Of a stretch of DNA of 64,000 bases, positions 24,097-36,763 are shown piece by piece. Location of the stretch: contig JBLDXI010000026.1 of NCBI GenBank assembly GCA_047495785.1, positions 806,001-870,000 of the forward strand. The letters are read 5' to 3'. The translations under genes were made by a program, and so were the position numbers. Source of the DNA: Lepidodermella squamata (Eukaryota > Animalia > Gastrotricha). Each line of letters opens with the position of its first letter. The stretch's first letter is position 1. The notes beneath the pieces are model-generated. The model was given only the letters and a program-made list of their open reading frames with translations, was not told the DNA's origin and made no database searches.

Positions 24097-25520
24097 TTAA
24101 GCAGACTTTCGCTGTTTGCCTGAGTTGCGAGGCAAGCTATCTTCATCTTGACCTGGCTTGTAAGATCGCGGCGTGCAATACCAGCACTTCATGGTCTTCT
24201 GAATCGCTGACAAATTCTCATCATCAAATCGGTTTTTCTTCTCGTGGAGAATGCGACGAATCTGGCCAGTTGTCAACGGTCCCTTCGTTTCAAATCCACG
24301 ACCCGGTGTCGATTCATCACCTGCCTCGTACTTCTTGTAATCATACAAGGGCAGGTAAACGTGGAGCGATCCATCAGGATGCGGGGCGCCGACGAAGTTA
24401 ATCTCACCAGAGCTCTCGGGCTTCTTCGGGATGAAAAACACGAATACCAACACCATTCGCGCGTCTTCGATTTGATCCTGATCCTCCGGAGCGTTGACAA
24501 TATCGAACATTTTAATTTGAACCTGATGAAATAATAAATAAAAAGTGTTTCCGAATTTAAGCGCGTTTTTGTATTATTTACCTCGACGTTTTTGTTGACC
24601 TGACCAGCTTCAGTGCTGTCAAAGGCCTCGAGTTCAGCCAGAGCGTCATTGATGTATTCGTTCCAAGCTCGAAGTTTTTCCTCTTTGCTGATTCGACAGC
24701 CCTTAACCGTGCCACCTTTATCGCCATCTCGTTCTTCCGAAACGCCGAAGACAATCGCACCACCCTGCTCGCTGTTGACCATCGCCGAACCGTAGCGGAA
24801 AATTTGCGTCTCAATTGTCTCCAAATCCCATTTACCAATTTCTGAAAAATATTATTTTATATGAATGATTCGTATTCCCCGGATTAAATTATCCGTCTAA
24901 TCTACGATTAGTTATCGGGGATTTAATCGAATTTATAATTAATTAAAAAAAACAGCACCAGTTTGAAAAATTATGTATGGCTTTGGTCCCGAAACGGAAA
25001 ATTGAGCTTGCATGCCATAATTATTATCAAAGTTGGAAAAATTGGAAATAAATTGACAGAAACAGAAATTAGCGCTGTTTACTCATCGGTTAAGTCTTCA
25101 ATTAATTAAAAAATTATCGATTTTCCCTAATGAGAACCCATAGTATTTGATTGAAAATGTCTTATTTCTCCCGGTAATTTCAGGAAAATGATCAGAGAAC
25201 CCAACGAGCCTGCTAGTTCCAATCTTAATTACAGGTTCGAAATGTAGGAAAATCGTCATTTTTTTACCTTTCGAATAGGCGTTTGTGAGTTTGATGTGGC
25301 GACGGACGAAACGCTCGACGTCCGGGCTTGAGAAGGTGTGTTGCGCGTAAAAGTTCTCACCGCGCACAAACTGCGCCGGCGGGCGGTAGACCTCGGTGAA
25401 GAGCATCGTGTTGAGGTCGGTTTTCGGCTCAAAGTCGTCGCGGTCCTCAACAGCCGGTGCCGAGGTCACCGTCGTAGTCGCAGTGCTGTTTTCAGCAGTT
25501 TCATTAACCGAGTTTTGCAT
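24097..25520 (-). CDS. Schlafen/AlbA_2-domain protein, SLFNL1-like (about 312 aa; exons 25520-25268, 24841-24582, 24522-24097)
   Basis: Three exons join in frame. RYGSAMVNSEQGGAIVFGVSE..GTVKG matches the AlbA_2 core (Y.cAFlNseGG.l..GV.D.G.v.G). Flanking FVRGE, HVYL and GPLT..QI match SLFNL1-type motifs. Confidence 0.8.
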
Positions 25521-26685
25521 ATTGACGGGCAGAAATGATTGAAAACGCAAAATACGACGGCAACGTGAGCGTGAGATTTGAGCAGCAAAAGCAAAGTCGA
25601 AGAAACTGCGAAATAAAAAATTGCAATAAAGTTATATTTTAAGGTGGATCTTTTATTTTTTTTATTTTCCGGTTTTTTTCAAATTCAGCTCATCGAAACC
25701 AACAATAACTTGGCTCATCATCGCGTCGTTGCTTTCATCATGAAATCAGCAATGTTAGGCCTCTATTATTGTTATCCAAAAATCAGCGAAAACAAAAAAA
25801 TCCAGCAATAGATGTTTTGTTCCAGTTCGATGTCCAAGTTGCAGCAAAACATATCTATCTATGTTGAGTGTTTATTGTCTCATGTCATGGGGGAGCTTAA
25901 ACGAAGACAGGTGTTTCTTGATACAATTTACCTATTCAGAAAATCAGCTGAAATCACAATGAGCCTTAAATATCACGCAAATTGCGCGGTTTTTGCACTC
26001 AATGAAGCTGAAAATGAGCGCGGTTAATCCCGAATCCATATTCCGGATGTCCGTAACGAAGTCACACTTTTAAAGTCCGATGAATAAGCTCGTTTCCTTG
26101 GCTGTACGCTTTCAAATATAATAGCGTGACCGAGACGGGCTATATTTGGCCGTTTGTCCGCACTCAATGACCCCCTCTTGAGCTTTTCAATATATTCGCA
26201 CTCCAATCCAGGACAATAAATTTCCTTGAAATTTCCCAATAATTTCCAAAGCGCATTTTATGATTTTTTATAACTGAAAAATGTATTCTAATGAGACTGA
26301 AATATACTATTGTTTAAATGTTATTAATTCTTTTGAGTATTGATACTCAAGAAAATTGATACTGTTTAAACGATTGGTTGACTGTTTATTATTTAATCAC
26401 CCAAATACCACAGCCAGTACTCGTCACGGTAAAAAACGGACATGGGGCTAATTTATCAACATGAACAATGAGAAATGAGAGCGCAAAATTGTAAGCCGAC
26501 CCGCTTATTTTTCGCGATAAATAATATAAATTTGCAAGAAGAAAATCCGAATACGACAACAACAATTTTCGGGCACGGATATTTTTTTTTAATGGAGCAT
26601 GCATAATATTTTTTCCCGATGATGTTTGCTAAAGATTGCTTGCAAATTTTTAATTTTCTATAGCTTTTTATGAGGTAAAATTGAG

Positions 26686-28424
26686 ATGAAAGTTATCGAC
26701 GATTCAATTTCTAATTCGTCGAAAAATCTCAGCCTGGGGTGCATGACATTGTCACGTGACGACTCAACATCGACCATTATCATTTTCGGCTATGTCATGC
26801 CGGTACTATACGTTTTAGGCGCGTGCGGTAACGCTCTGAATTTCGTTATTCTACAAAATAGAAAAGCTTTCAAATCACCAACTTACATCTATCTGACCTT
26901 CCTGGGGGCATTTCAGTTCATCGCCCTAATCGCTCATGCCTTATACTTCATTTTCACGATAAATTTACAGTCAAATTACGACTGGGCCCTACCAGCTTTG
27001 GCCTATTTCATCTGGCCGCTTTTCAACTGGGCTTGTACGCAATCTGTCGTTTTCGCCGTTGCCTACAGCGTGGACCGGTATTTTTACGTAATGCGCAACA
27101 AAGAGACGAAAAATATACACACGGAGCTAATGAAAGATCGGAGGCGCAATGCTTTTGTGGCTTGCTTGATTATAATGACCTGTGTTACATTTGTGAACAT
27201 TCCGCGAATGATGGCCCTCAGCCCACAGCCGTCAAAACAGTGTCAAACGTATCGATACGATGAAGACATGAATCATTATTTTCACATCTACTCGGTCGGG
27301 CGATTCTTCATTTACAACATTGGTGAGAAGATTTCCTTTCCTTTCCTTTCCTTTCCTTTCCTTTCCTTTCCTTTCCTTTCCTTTCCTTTCCTTTCCTTTC
27401 CTTTCCTTTCCTTTCCTTTCCTTTCCTTTCCTTTCCTTTCCTTTCCTTTCCTTTCCTTTCCTTTCCTTTCCTTTCCTTTCCTTTCCTTTCCTTTCCTTTC
27501 CTTTCCTTTCCTTTCCTTTCCTTTCCTTTCCTTTCCTTTCCTTTCCTTTCCTTTCCTTTCCTTTCCTTTCCTTTCCTTTCCTTTCCTTTCCTTTCCTTTC
27601 CTTTCCTTTCCTTTCCTTTCCTTTCCTTTCCTTTCCTTTCCTTTCCTTTCCTTTCCTTTCCTTTCCTTTCCTTTCCTTTCCTTTCTTTTTTCTGGTAACC
27701 TCCCCAAATTATTCAAACCTTCCCCAACATCCTTTTATTTTTATTGTGACTTTCCCCACCTTTCCCTCACCTTTCCTTATTCTCTTCCAGTCTCTCCTTG
27801 GTCTCCCCATCTTTACCCATCATTCCCTACCTTTCTCCTAGCGTTTCCCATATTGTATCCTACACCAGGGAACCCCCCCCCCTTCCCCACCTCAATGAGG
27901 GACATATTATATTCATTATATTCAAATTTTCAGGTTGCAATTTGACGCTGATCATCTTCAATATTCTACTAATTGTGAGTGTTTTCCGATCGGGTTTTAA
28001 ATGTTTCAATGGCAGCCGATCGAGCATTCACAAAAAACACAAACTCACACTTATCCTGGTAGCTGCGACTTTCACCACGCTAATCGGCGAAATTCCGGTA
28101 TTTTGAAGCGTCATAATTGTTTGTGGTGATCTTGTTATTGTATTTCAGCTAACCCTTTTCAATCCAATAACACAAGTCTTAGTATGGGATCGATTCGATA
28201 TCATTAGCCCAACTACGCTGAGGCGGGCTAATTTTGCCGCGATGCTTTTCGGCTACTTTGAGTACGCTTCGAATTTTTTCATTTATTTCGTCGGAAATAG
28301 CAACTTTCGACGCGAGCTTCGAACACGGTGCAGCTGGTTACTGGGCGTCTGCTTTGATCGGATTCGTTACCGCCAACGGTTTGATTCCGCAACTACGCTG
28401 ATTTTTCGCTCGCGGCGAAATTGA
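26686..28424 (+). CDS. Class A GPCR, FMRFamide-receptor/srw-like, copy A (exons 26686-27322, 27934-28097, 28149-28424)
   Basis: GN in TM1, FKSPTYIYL, WPLFNWACTQS, YSVDRY, NIPR, GEIP and SNFFIY. Exons splice in frame. Confidence 0.88.
27332..27685. repeat. (TTTCC)n microsatellite, about 71 units, followed by a pyrimidine-rich tract
   Basis: Perfect pentamer run starting 9 nt after the intron-1 donor of GPCR copy A. Confidence 0.98.
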
Positions 28425-29626
28425 AATAAAATGCTGCAATATTTTGAAAAAAATGTGCACTTCGTATCACATATTATTATCGTCACTTCCAGCTGTCGGA
28501 ATTAAGGACAAGATAATTATTTTTTAATATTCAATATTCGAACTTCTTACGCACCCGAATGGCAATTAAATGTCATAAGAAAACGCGTAAAGTATATTTT
28601 AATTTCATTTTTTTATCACATGTCACATGATGCCTTAGAGTTCATCTGGGCTAATTTTGAGAAAAGCCTTGATAGTATTATGTAGGTTCTGAAGCACTTT
28701 AAGCTTTGCAAAAAATCCCCCGGTGTCTCTTTCATGTATTTATTTTCGTCATTTTTTATTTTTGTATAATTTTTTCAATAAAAAGATATAATCTCCAATG
28801 AGCCAATAAAAGTAAACTTAACGTATGACCAATATTTTTTCTAATTTTTCAATAAAACTGTAACCATTTTTTGAATTTTTTTGAATGGGTTTCACCAATC
28901 GATAGATGAGGAGTAAGCTTTCTAGAATGCGGGATTCGAAATTGGTATTTGCGATTTCTTAATTGTTTTAATTTTTGAAAATTGTCAAAATCCTCTAGGA
29001 AATCCCTGTAGGAAGGCTTCATCGGACCCTTCAACCGAGAAGTTTAATTTGAAACCAACAGAACAACAAAAATAACCGCCAAAAACGCGATTCGAAATGG
29101 CTTTTAGAATATTAGCCATACTTGAAAACATATCAGACATTCTTCTCACGTAAACATGTTTTCCTGTAAAAATAAACAACGACCCACAACATTTATATCT
29201 GCCTCGATCTGTCCCGATCCCTGCTCTGTAATCGCTTGTTTATATCGAGGAAATATTGTACCTGGGAGCACAGGCCAGGGATATTAGGGAAACTGGCTAG
29301 TTATGCAATTATTCCTATTACGGACAAGTTCATCGACAACGTGACTTTACGGATAAATTACAAATTTCGAACTCGCACAGACTCAAGTAAATGAAGATAG
29401 ATGATCTTGTCTCCCGCTCATTTTTAATTTAGCAATTACTCATCATGGCAATATTTTTATCGATTACTTCCACACCGAGGAGCCAAACAGAGTTGCCTTT
29501 TTTTCTCATTGTCAAGATGAAGTATGGATTTTCATTATGTATAGCTCGCCGATAATCAATGCCTCTTATGATAGAGTGCCTAAATTATGAAAAAACTCTC
29601 TTATTTTTTTACAATTTAATATAGGA

Positions 29627-30813
29627 ATGAATTCATCAAGTATTACCTTTATTAACTCGAATTCCCCTTCCCACCAAACGAGTGTTACTTTACCCTCATA
29701 TAAAGTCGATATTGCCTCGTATATCATTCCTATGTTACTCTTAATCGGAGCTTCCGGCAATGCAATAAGTTTCCTAATCTTGAGTGACCGCAAAATGTTC
29801 AAATCCCCGACCTACATCTACCTGGTTTTCATTGGGATTTTTCAATCAATTTCCTTGACTGGCCATGCGTCATTTTACGTTTTCAAAAATCATCTCCAGC
29901 CGAGGTTTGACTGGGCTAAACCGACGTTAGCCTATTTAATATGGCCGATATTCAACTGGGCCTGCACTCAGTCGGTTGTTTTCACGGTGGCTTATAGTGT
30001 TGATCGGTATTACTACGTGACTCGGAGTGTTCAAGATGCAGCAGATTACTTGATGTCAAAAAAACGACGAAAAACTTACTGTTCGTGTCTCCTCTTAATG
30101 GCGGTTGTAACAGTTTTGAATCTACCGAGAATGGCGACATTCGAAACTCCGAAAAATAAGACGCCATGCGGAAGAGACCGAAAATTATGTGGCTGGGATT
30201 GGGAATACTACTTCCAAATTTATACATTCATAAGATTCCTCGCCTTCAATATTGGTATTGGAATAGCTTCATTTTTTTTTATTTTAACAATTGTAATAAC
30301 AGGCTGCAACGTAGCTTTGATTGCTTTCAATTACTTGCTCATCATCGCGGTGTTTCGGTCTGGTTCGAATAATTTCGCCAAAAGTAATGATGCTAAAAAG
30401 CAAAGGCTGACGTGGATACTTATATCGGCAACTTTTACGACAATAATTGGCGAAGTTCCTGTAATTATTATTTTTTAATTTAAATTTGTTTCATTGTTAA
30501 TTGTTAATTTTTTAATTTGTATTCAAATTAGCTGGCTTTATTCAACCCGATCACTAAATCCTTAGTTTGGGATCGATATGGACTGCTGACCCCGGTGGCG
30601 ATGCGTTATGTTAGCATGATCGCTATGGTTGCTGGTTACTTTGAAAACAGTTCGAATTTCTTTATTTACCTGATTGGAAATCGCGATTTCCGCATCGAAT
30701 TTGAAAGGAAAATTGCGTCAGTGATAAGCATCTGTGAAAATTGTCGAAGCTCACGCGAAAGAATCAATTCATCAGCCTCAAATGCTGTGTTGCATCGAAA
30801 ATCTAACGGATAA
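29627..30813 (+). CDS. Class A GPCR copy B (exons 29627-30254, 30303-30460, 30532-30813)
   Basis: Same motifs and same two intron positions as copy A. Confidence 0.88.
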
Positions 30814-31989
30814 CGCTAGTTTTATTAATAAATTGCAAATGGCAAGAAAAAAAGCGATGACGTCGACAGGTGTACGCATGGCAAATTGGACAGGTGTTTT
30901 GGGGCGAATTGGGCAGCTTAATCGTTATAAATGGATAATGGTATTAATAATTATATTTGATTTGTTTGCTTCTTTTTTTTAATTTATTAATTATTTGCAA
31001 ATAAATTTTTTAAATATTTTTCCCGACTCTTTCTCTGGCTCTCCTAAGTGGTCGGAAGACATTCAAAACGTTTTCATAATTACATAAACCTAATAATTCA
31101 AAAGACCAATTCGCCCCCATGATTGAATTTTTGGGCGCAATTACCTGTCCATGTCTATATTCAATTCATATGGGTCGTTTCTACCCGCCTAAACTCACCT
31201 GTGAATACTGGCTTTGTCGCGACCTCATTTTGGGACATAACTGGCTGAATTTCTTTTTCAGATGCAGGGGTCTGTTGAAGATCCTCTGTTCAAATTTGCC
31301 CAGAGATCAGACTTATAGTCTTCTTTGAGCTATGAAAAGTAATGAACTTAATTTAATTTTCTGGCAAATCGCCCGTTCCACGTCATTCACGGTACCTATT
31401 TATTTGTACTATTCACGGTACTTGCCCTAATAATTACCTATTCGCCTATTCCCAATATTCGGGACAACTGTCAACAAGGACGTGACTTCATTAATTAATC
31501 GAACCAACTTGCAAAGACGCTCAATCAATGTGCTGAAGTTTGAAATTCGAAGAACCCCCTCTCATTTGCCTGATTGTTAATTCGTTTATTACGCATCACT
31601 GTATAATTTTATCGATTACTACTACGCTGGAATGACAACTACAGAGCTGTCTTTTTAGCTTTTAGTCATAATCCTAGTTAACGAGGTCAAGGTCATTCGC
31701 CGCACGCACACGTTCGGTTTAGCAGTGGTTCAGTCTTGCATCTGATCTGGACAAATTTAATACTAAACGATTCCCCATTATTCATTGTATCATTCCTTAA
31801 ATTTTGTTGAAATTTTGTTGAAATCTGATCAGATGCTGGCATTTTTAAATAATTCAAAATTTGGCGAATTTGCGGAAATCGCCACGGATGACTGGGCCTG
31901 TCATGGATCACTGAATGATCAATACCTTCATGTTTCGGTTCCTTATTCATAAAAATTGTATTTTGTAAGTTCTATATAGGCAATTCTAT

Positions 31990-33174
31990 ATGGCAATCAA
32001 TTTTACTAATGATTCAGTTTTCAATTCGAATTCTACTTCACACCACGCGAATGTTACTTCACCCTCGTTAAAAATCGATTTTTTCAGCTACTTCATACCT
32101 GTTCTATACCTAATCGGAGCTTCAGGCAATGCGATCAGTTTCCTAATCCTAAGGGACCACAGAGTTTTCAAATCGCCGACATACATCTATCTGCTGTTCA
32201 TCGGCGTTTTTCAGTTCCTCTCCTTGACTGGTCACGCTTCATTTTACGTTTTCAAAAATCTCCTCCAGCCACGATTTGATTGGGCCAAACCGACGTTGGC
32301 CTATGTTATATGGCCGATATTCAACTGGGCCTGTACTCAATCAGTTGTTTTCACGGTGACCTATAGTGTTGATCGGTATTATTTGGTAACTCGGAGCGTG
32401 CAAGATACAGGAAATTATCTGGCGTCGAAAAAGCGACGAAAAACTTGCTATTCATGTTTTCTGTTGATGGCGGTTGTGACAGTTTTGAATCTACCGAGAA
32501 TGGCGACATTCGAACCTCTCAAGTCGAAGAAGTTCTGTGAACAAGACTGGGATTGGGAATACTTCCTTCGAATTTATACATTCATCAGATTTGCTGTCTT
32601 CAATATTGGTTCGAAAAATTAATAATTTTATATTTTCACCATCGCTTTTTCACTTCATCACAGGCTGTAACGTCGCTTTGATCGCTTTCAATTCCTTACT
32701 TATCGTGGCAGTGTTTCGGACTGATTCTAGTAATTTGGGCAAAAATGACGCGAAAAAGCATAGACTGACTTGGATACTCATAGCAGCTACCTTTACAACT
32801 ATCATCGGCGAAGTACCAGTAAGGCACAGTTTTGTTTTTGTTTCTTTTCTTCAAATTTTTATTCAAATTAGCTGGCTTTATTCAACCCGATCACTAAATC
32901 CTTAGTTTGGGACCGGTATGGACTGTTGACTCCGGTGGCTATGCGATATGTGAACATGTTCACGATGGCTGCTGGTTACTTCGAAAACAGTTCGAATTTC
33001 TTCATTTACCTGATTGGGAATCGCAAATTTCGCGTCGAATTTCTACGGAGAGGTGCGTCAGTGATAGGAATCTGTAAGAAGTGTCGAAGCACACGCGAAA
33101 GAATCGATTCAGCCTCCTCTGCGACATTGCAACGAAAACCTAAAGCTGCAATTTGTGATGGCTTGACTGAATAA
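31990..33174 (+). CDS. Class A GPCR copy C (exons 31990-32608, 32664-32818, 32872-33174)
   Basis: Close paralog of copies B and D; splices in frame. Confidence 0.88.
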
Positions 33175-34559
33175 CGCTGACAAAAGAGCTATTAAATGCG
33201 AATTTAAAGATTAGTAACAACTGGAAAAATCTTTAATCTTGGGAAATGGAAAGTGTGGGAATTTTTTCACAGATTCAGGTTTAAGGTAACCTTTCACCTT
33301 AAAATAATGCGTTGTGTGCGCCATGTCCACTGAACGACTTTTCGAGATGAATCAAAAAACGTAATTTTTCCAACTTTGAGAATCTTGCAATATCGAGATT
33401 ACCCATTTCGCGGGACGGTAATCCACCCCGATCTTTCGAATGGCGCAATCCGTTTCTTATAGGACCCATTTGCAAATTTTGAGCTGATTCGTGAATCGCC
33501 AAGCCCGTTTACTAATGGGGTAAATTTGCGTTTACCGGAGGGTATTAGCTATGAGTCATTCACTTACGAATATTGATATGAGCTATTGGAAAACATGGTC
33601 GCAAATAATACTTACGATGCATTAATTTTTTGCGTGAACTTAGCTCCATGCTTTAGTATTAGCCCGTCGAAAAAATGACGACCCCAATGGATATAGTTGA
33701 TCCCTGAGATATTTTGAAATCGGGATTTCAAATTATTGTAGAGCGCTATCAAGTTCAAGTACCGGATGCAGAACTTCTAATTACTCCACAATACTTTTTT
33801 CGCGCCGTCGAACCACTTGTTGTAATGCCAAAATAGTAAAATGTTATATCTTTAGTTTTAGTTTTACAGCAAATCGCTTTATATCGAGGCTGAAAATAGA
33901 AAATAGCTTGTGTATCTATATTTAACATTCGCAAAAAAGTGGTTCGACAGCGCGAGAAAATTAATATGGAGGAAACAGAAGTTCTGCATCCGGTACTTAA
34001 CGTCACTTGAGCGCGATGAGTAGATTACGATTCCGTCAAAAAGTCATTTTCGGCCGGTTGCGGACATCGCACTTTTTTCCGCGCGCACGACGAAGTTCGG
34101 CGACCACGAAACTTGAAATAAAACAAAAATGTCGCTAATAGGTTCTTCATTGAAAGCTAAATGAGAAAACATAACACATGAGAGATTACTCATTGAGATT
34201 TTTCCTAATACACAGGACATATCAGAAGGACATCGCTCTGGCTTCTCATCCGGCTTAATATCAGCAAGAGCGTGACTTTTTTACTATAATATTAAAAAAA
34301 TTCGAATTACTATGAAACCCCCACAGAAACTCGTAACAAGAATCGATAGTGCGCGAAATTATGACCTTTTTACCTCATTCAATTGATTGTCCTGTCGTGT
34401 CTGTCGCAGCATCGGTCATATTTTGCTGCCTTTTCGCTTGAATGATCAAAATTGCTATGTCATTCAAGCTTTTCGTCGAAATGGAGAATAGATTGTAATT
34501 TTTAGGTAGTCCGCACAAAAGATCGATACGCTATTCTTTTAGCCGAATATCATAGAAAT

Positions 34560-35696
34560 ATGGCGACAAATTCACCAAACAACAATTCCTTGTTCAACTC
34601 ATCAAGTGTAGCCTGCTTGCAGCCTATACCCGCATCATCTGCTCCTTTGAAAGTCGATATTTTCAGCTACTTCATACCTGTTCTATACCTAATCGGAGCT
34701 TCAGGCAATGCGATCAGTTTCCTAATCCTAAGGGACCACAAAGTTTTCAAGTCACCGACCTACATCTACCTGCTTTTCATCGGCGTATTTCAATTTCTGT
34801 CCTTGACGGGCCATGCGTCATTTTACACCTTTAAAAATCACCTCCAACCGCGATTAGGCTGGGCCAAACCGACATTGACCTATTTAATATGGCCAATTTT
34901 CAACTGGGCCTGTACTCAATCGGTTGTTTTCACGGTGGCTTACAGTGTTGATCGGTATTACTTGGTAACTCGAGGCGTTCACGATACGGCTATTCACCTC
35001 ATTTACGAAACACGAAAAAACACTCGAAACTCGTGTCTTGTCTTGATGGCAGTAGTAACAATTTTGAATCTACCGAGAATGGCAACTTTCGACTCCCCAA
35101 AAAACAAGACGTTATGTGGGAAAGACAGAAAACCAGATGACTGGGATTGGGAATACTACCTCCGAATTTATACGTTCATAAGATTTGGTGTCTTCAATAT
35201 CGGTGAGATCGATTTCGAATGTTTGATTGATCAGATTTATGAAGTTTTATACAGGTTGCATCGTAGCTTTGATTGCTTTCAATTCCTTACTTATCGTGGC
35301 TGTGTTCCGGTCTGGTTCGAATTTCGGCAAAAATGACGCTAAAAAGCATAGGCTAACTTGCATACTTATTGCAGCAACCTTTACCACAATTACCGGGGAA
35401 ATACCGGTGAGATGATTAACTTATATTTAATTTGAATTAAATTAAATTTTTATTCCAATTAGCTGGCCTTATTCAACCCGGTAACTAAATCCTTAGTTTG
35501 GGATCGATATGGAATGTTGACCCCGGTGGCGATGCGAATTGTTAATGTGATAGCAATGGCTGCTGGTTACTTTGAAAACAGTTCGAATTTTTTCATTTAC
35601 CTGATAGGGAATCGCAAATTCCGCGTCGAATTTCAAAAGAAAATTGCGTCAGTGATAGGCATCTTTGCGGCGTGCCGAAGCTCAAGTAATGCATAA
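34560..35696 (+). CDS. Class A GPCR copy D (exons 34560-35202, 35255-35406, 35463-35696)
   Basis: Close paralog of copies B and C. The C-tail is shortened by an indel before the ancestral AAGAATCGATTCAGC. Confidence 0.87.
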
Positions 35697-36763
35697 AGAA
35701 TCGATTCAGCGACATTTGCGAAGTTGGAAGGAAAATGACTTCTGGAATGAATTTGGCTGACTTCGATAATAAAATTATAGGGTTATAAATATTTCAACAT
35801 ACTCCAGCACTCAATTCCATTATCACACTCTATATTGGCCTATATTGATATTTTTTATTTTAATTCATACCCTAAAAGGTATGGATGCAGGGTGTTCAAG
35901 TAGTAATGAGCTTTCAAGATGTTTTGAAATGGTCAGCACTGCTGTACCTTCGATAGAACTAATAACTAAAGCCGATTTGTTTTGGTTAAAACATCGCTTG
36001 CACTTAGGATGTTCCTATGATAATTTGCAACTTATGACATGGGAATATTATAACTCATCTAATGACCCTCAGTTCCGTAAAAAAATATTCGTATATGTAA
36101 CCAGTCTTGAATAGCCACTCGGTATCGAATCGGAAGACGGTAAACAAATCACATACCGAGTATGCACTTGACATATATATGCAGTTGCTCGGAAATAAGC
36201 TGTACATAAGATTGGTCTAATTAGCAATCTTCCTTCTTCCTTATATTGTTGTCATTGGGACAAGTAAAGGTGGAGAATGTGTGAAATTTAAAAAGGACTA
36301 CCTAAGATGTTTTTAAGATCTTGTTTTTAAATTTCAGCCTCGAGGCCTACAATGAATATGCGGAAAAGATTTGGAAAGCAATTTTATCAATAGCCAAGAG
36401 TTCATTCACGTCCGGACCCGAGTGTCGGAAAACCTAAATCAAGGCTCTATCTATTTTCTCTTCGTGATATCCATTTTCTCCTCATGATTTTCAGTTTGTC
36501 CTAACTTCTAAGAAGCACTTATAAAAATTGAAAAAAATCATGTTATATGCGCGTATTTTGTTTTTTAATTTTCTGAGTACACATACGCGTCCTTAGTCAG
36601 CGACTCTATTTCTGGCCTCCGGACTTTAAATCCCGCACACTCCAGCCCTAGATTAACCAATTTAATAAAGATAAAACTCATCAGTTGGCCCATTACCCAT
36701 TAGGATGGTACCAGGCTGCTCATTTTCTATATTTTTCATTTGAAATCTCAAGATTTTTCAAAG

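Noticed and set aside
24036-24795. Plus-strand ORFs 24036..24401, 24244..24534 and 24613..24795
   Set aside because: Antisense shadows of the Schlafen-domain exons.
27312-27945. ORFs with SFPFL and KERKG repeats, and the 419-aa ORF 26686..27945
   Set aside because: These are translations of the intronic (TTTCC)n microsatellite; the true exon ends at 27322.
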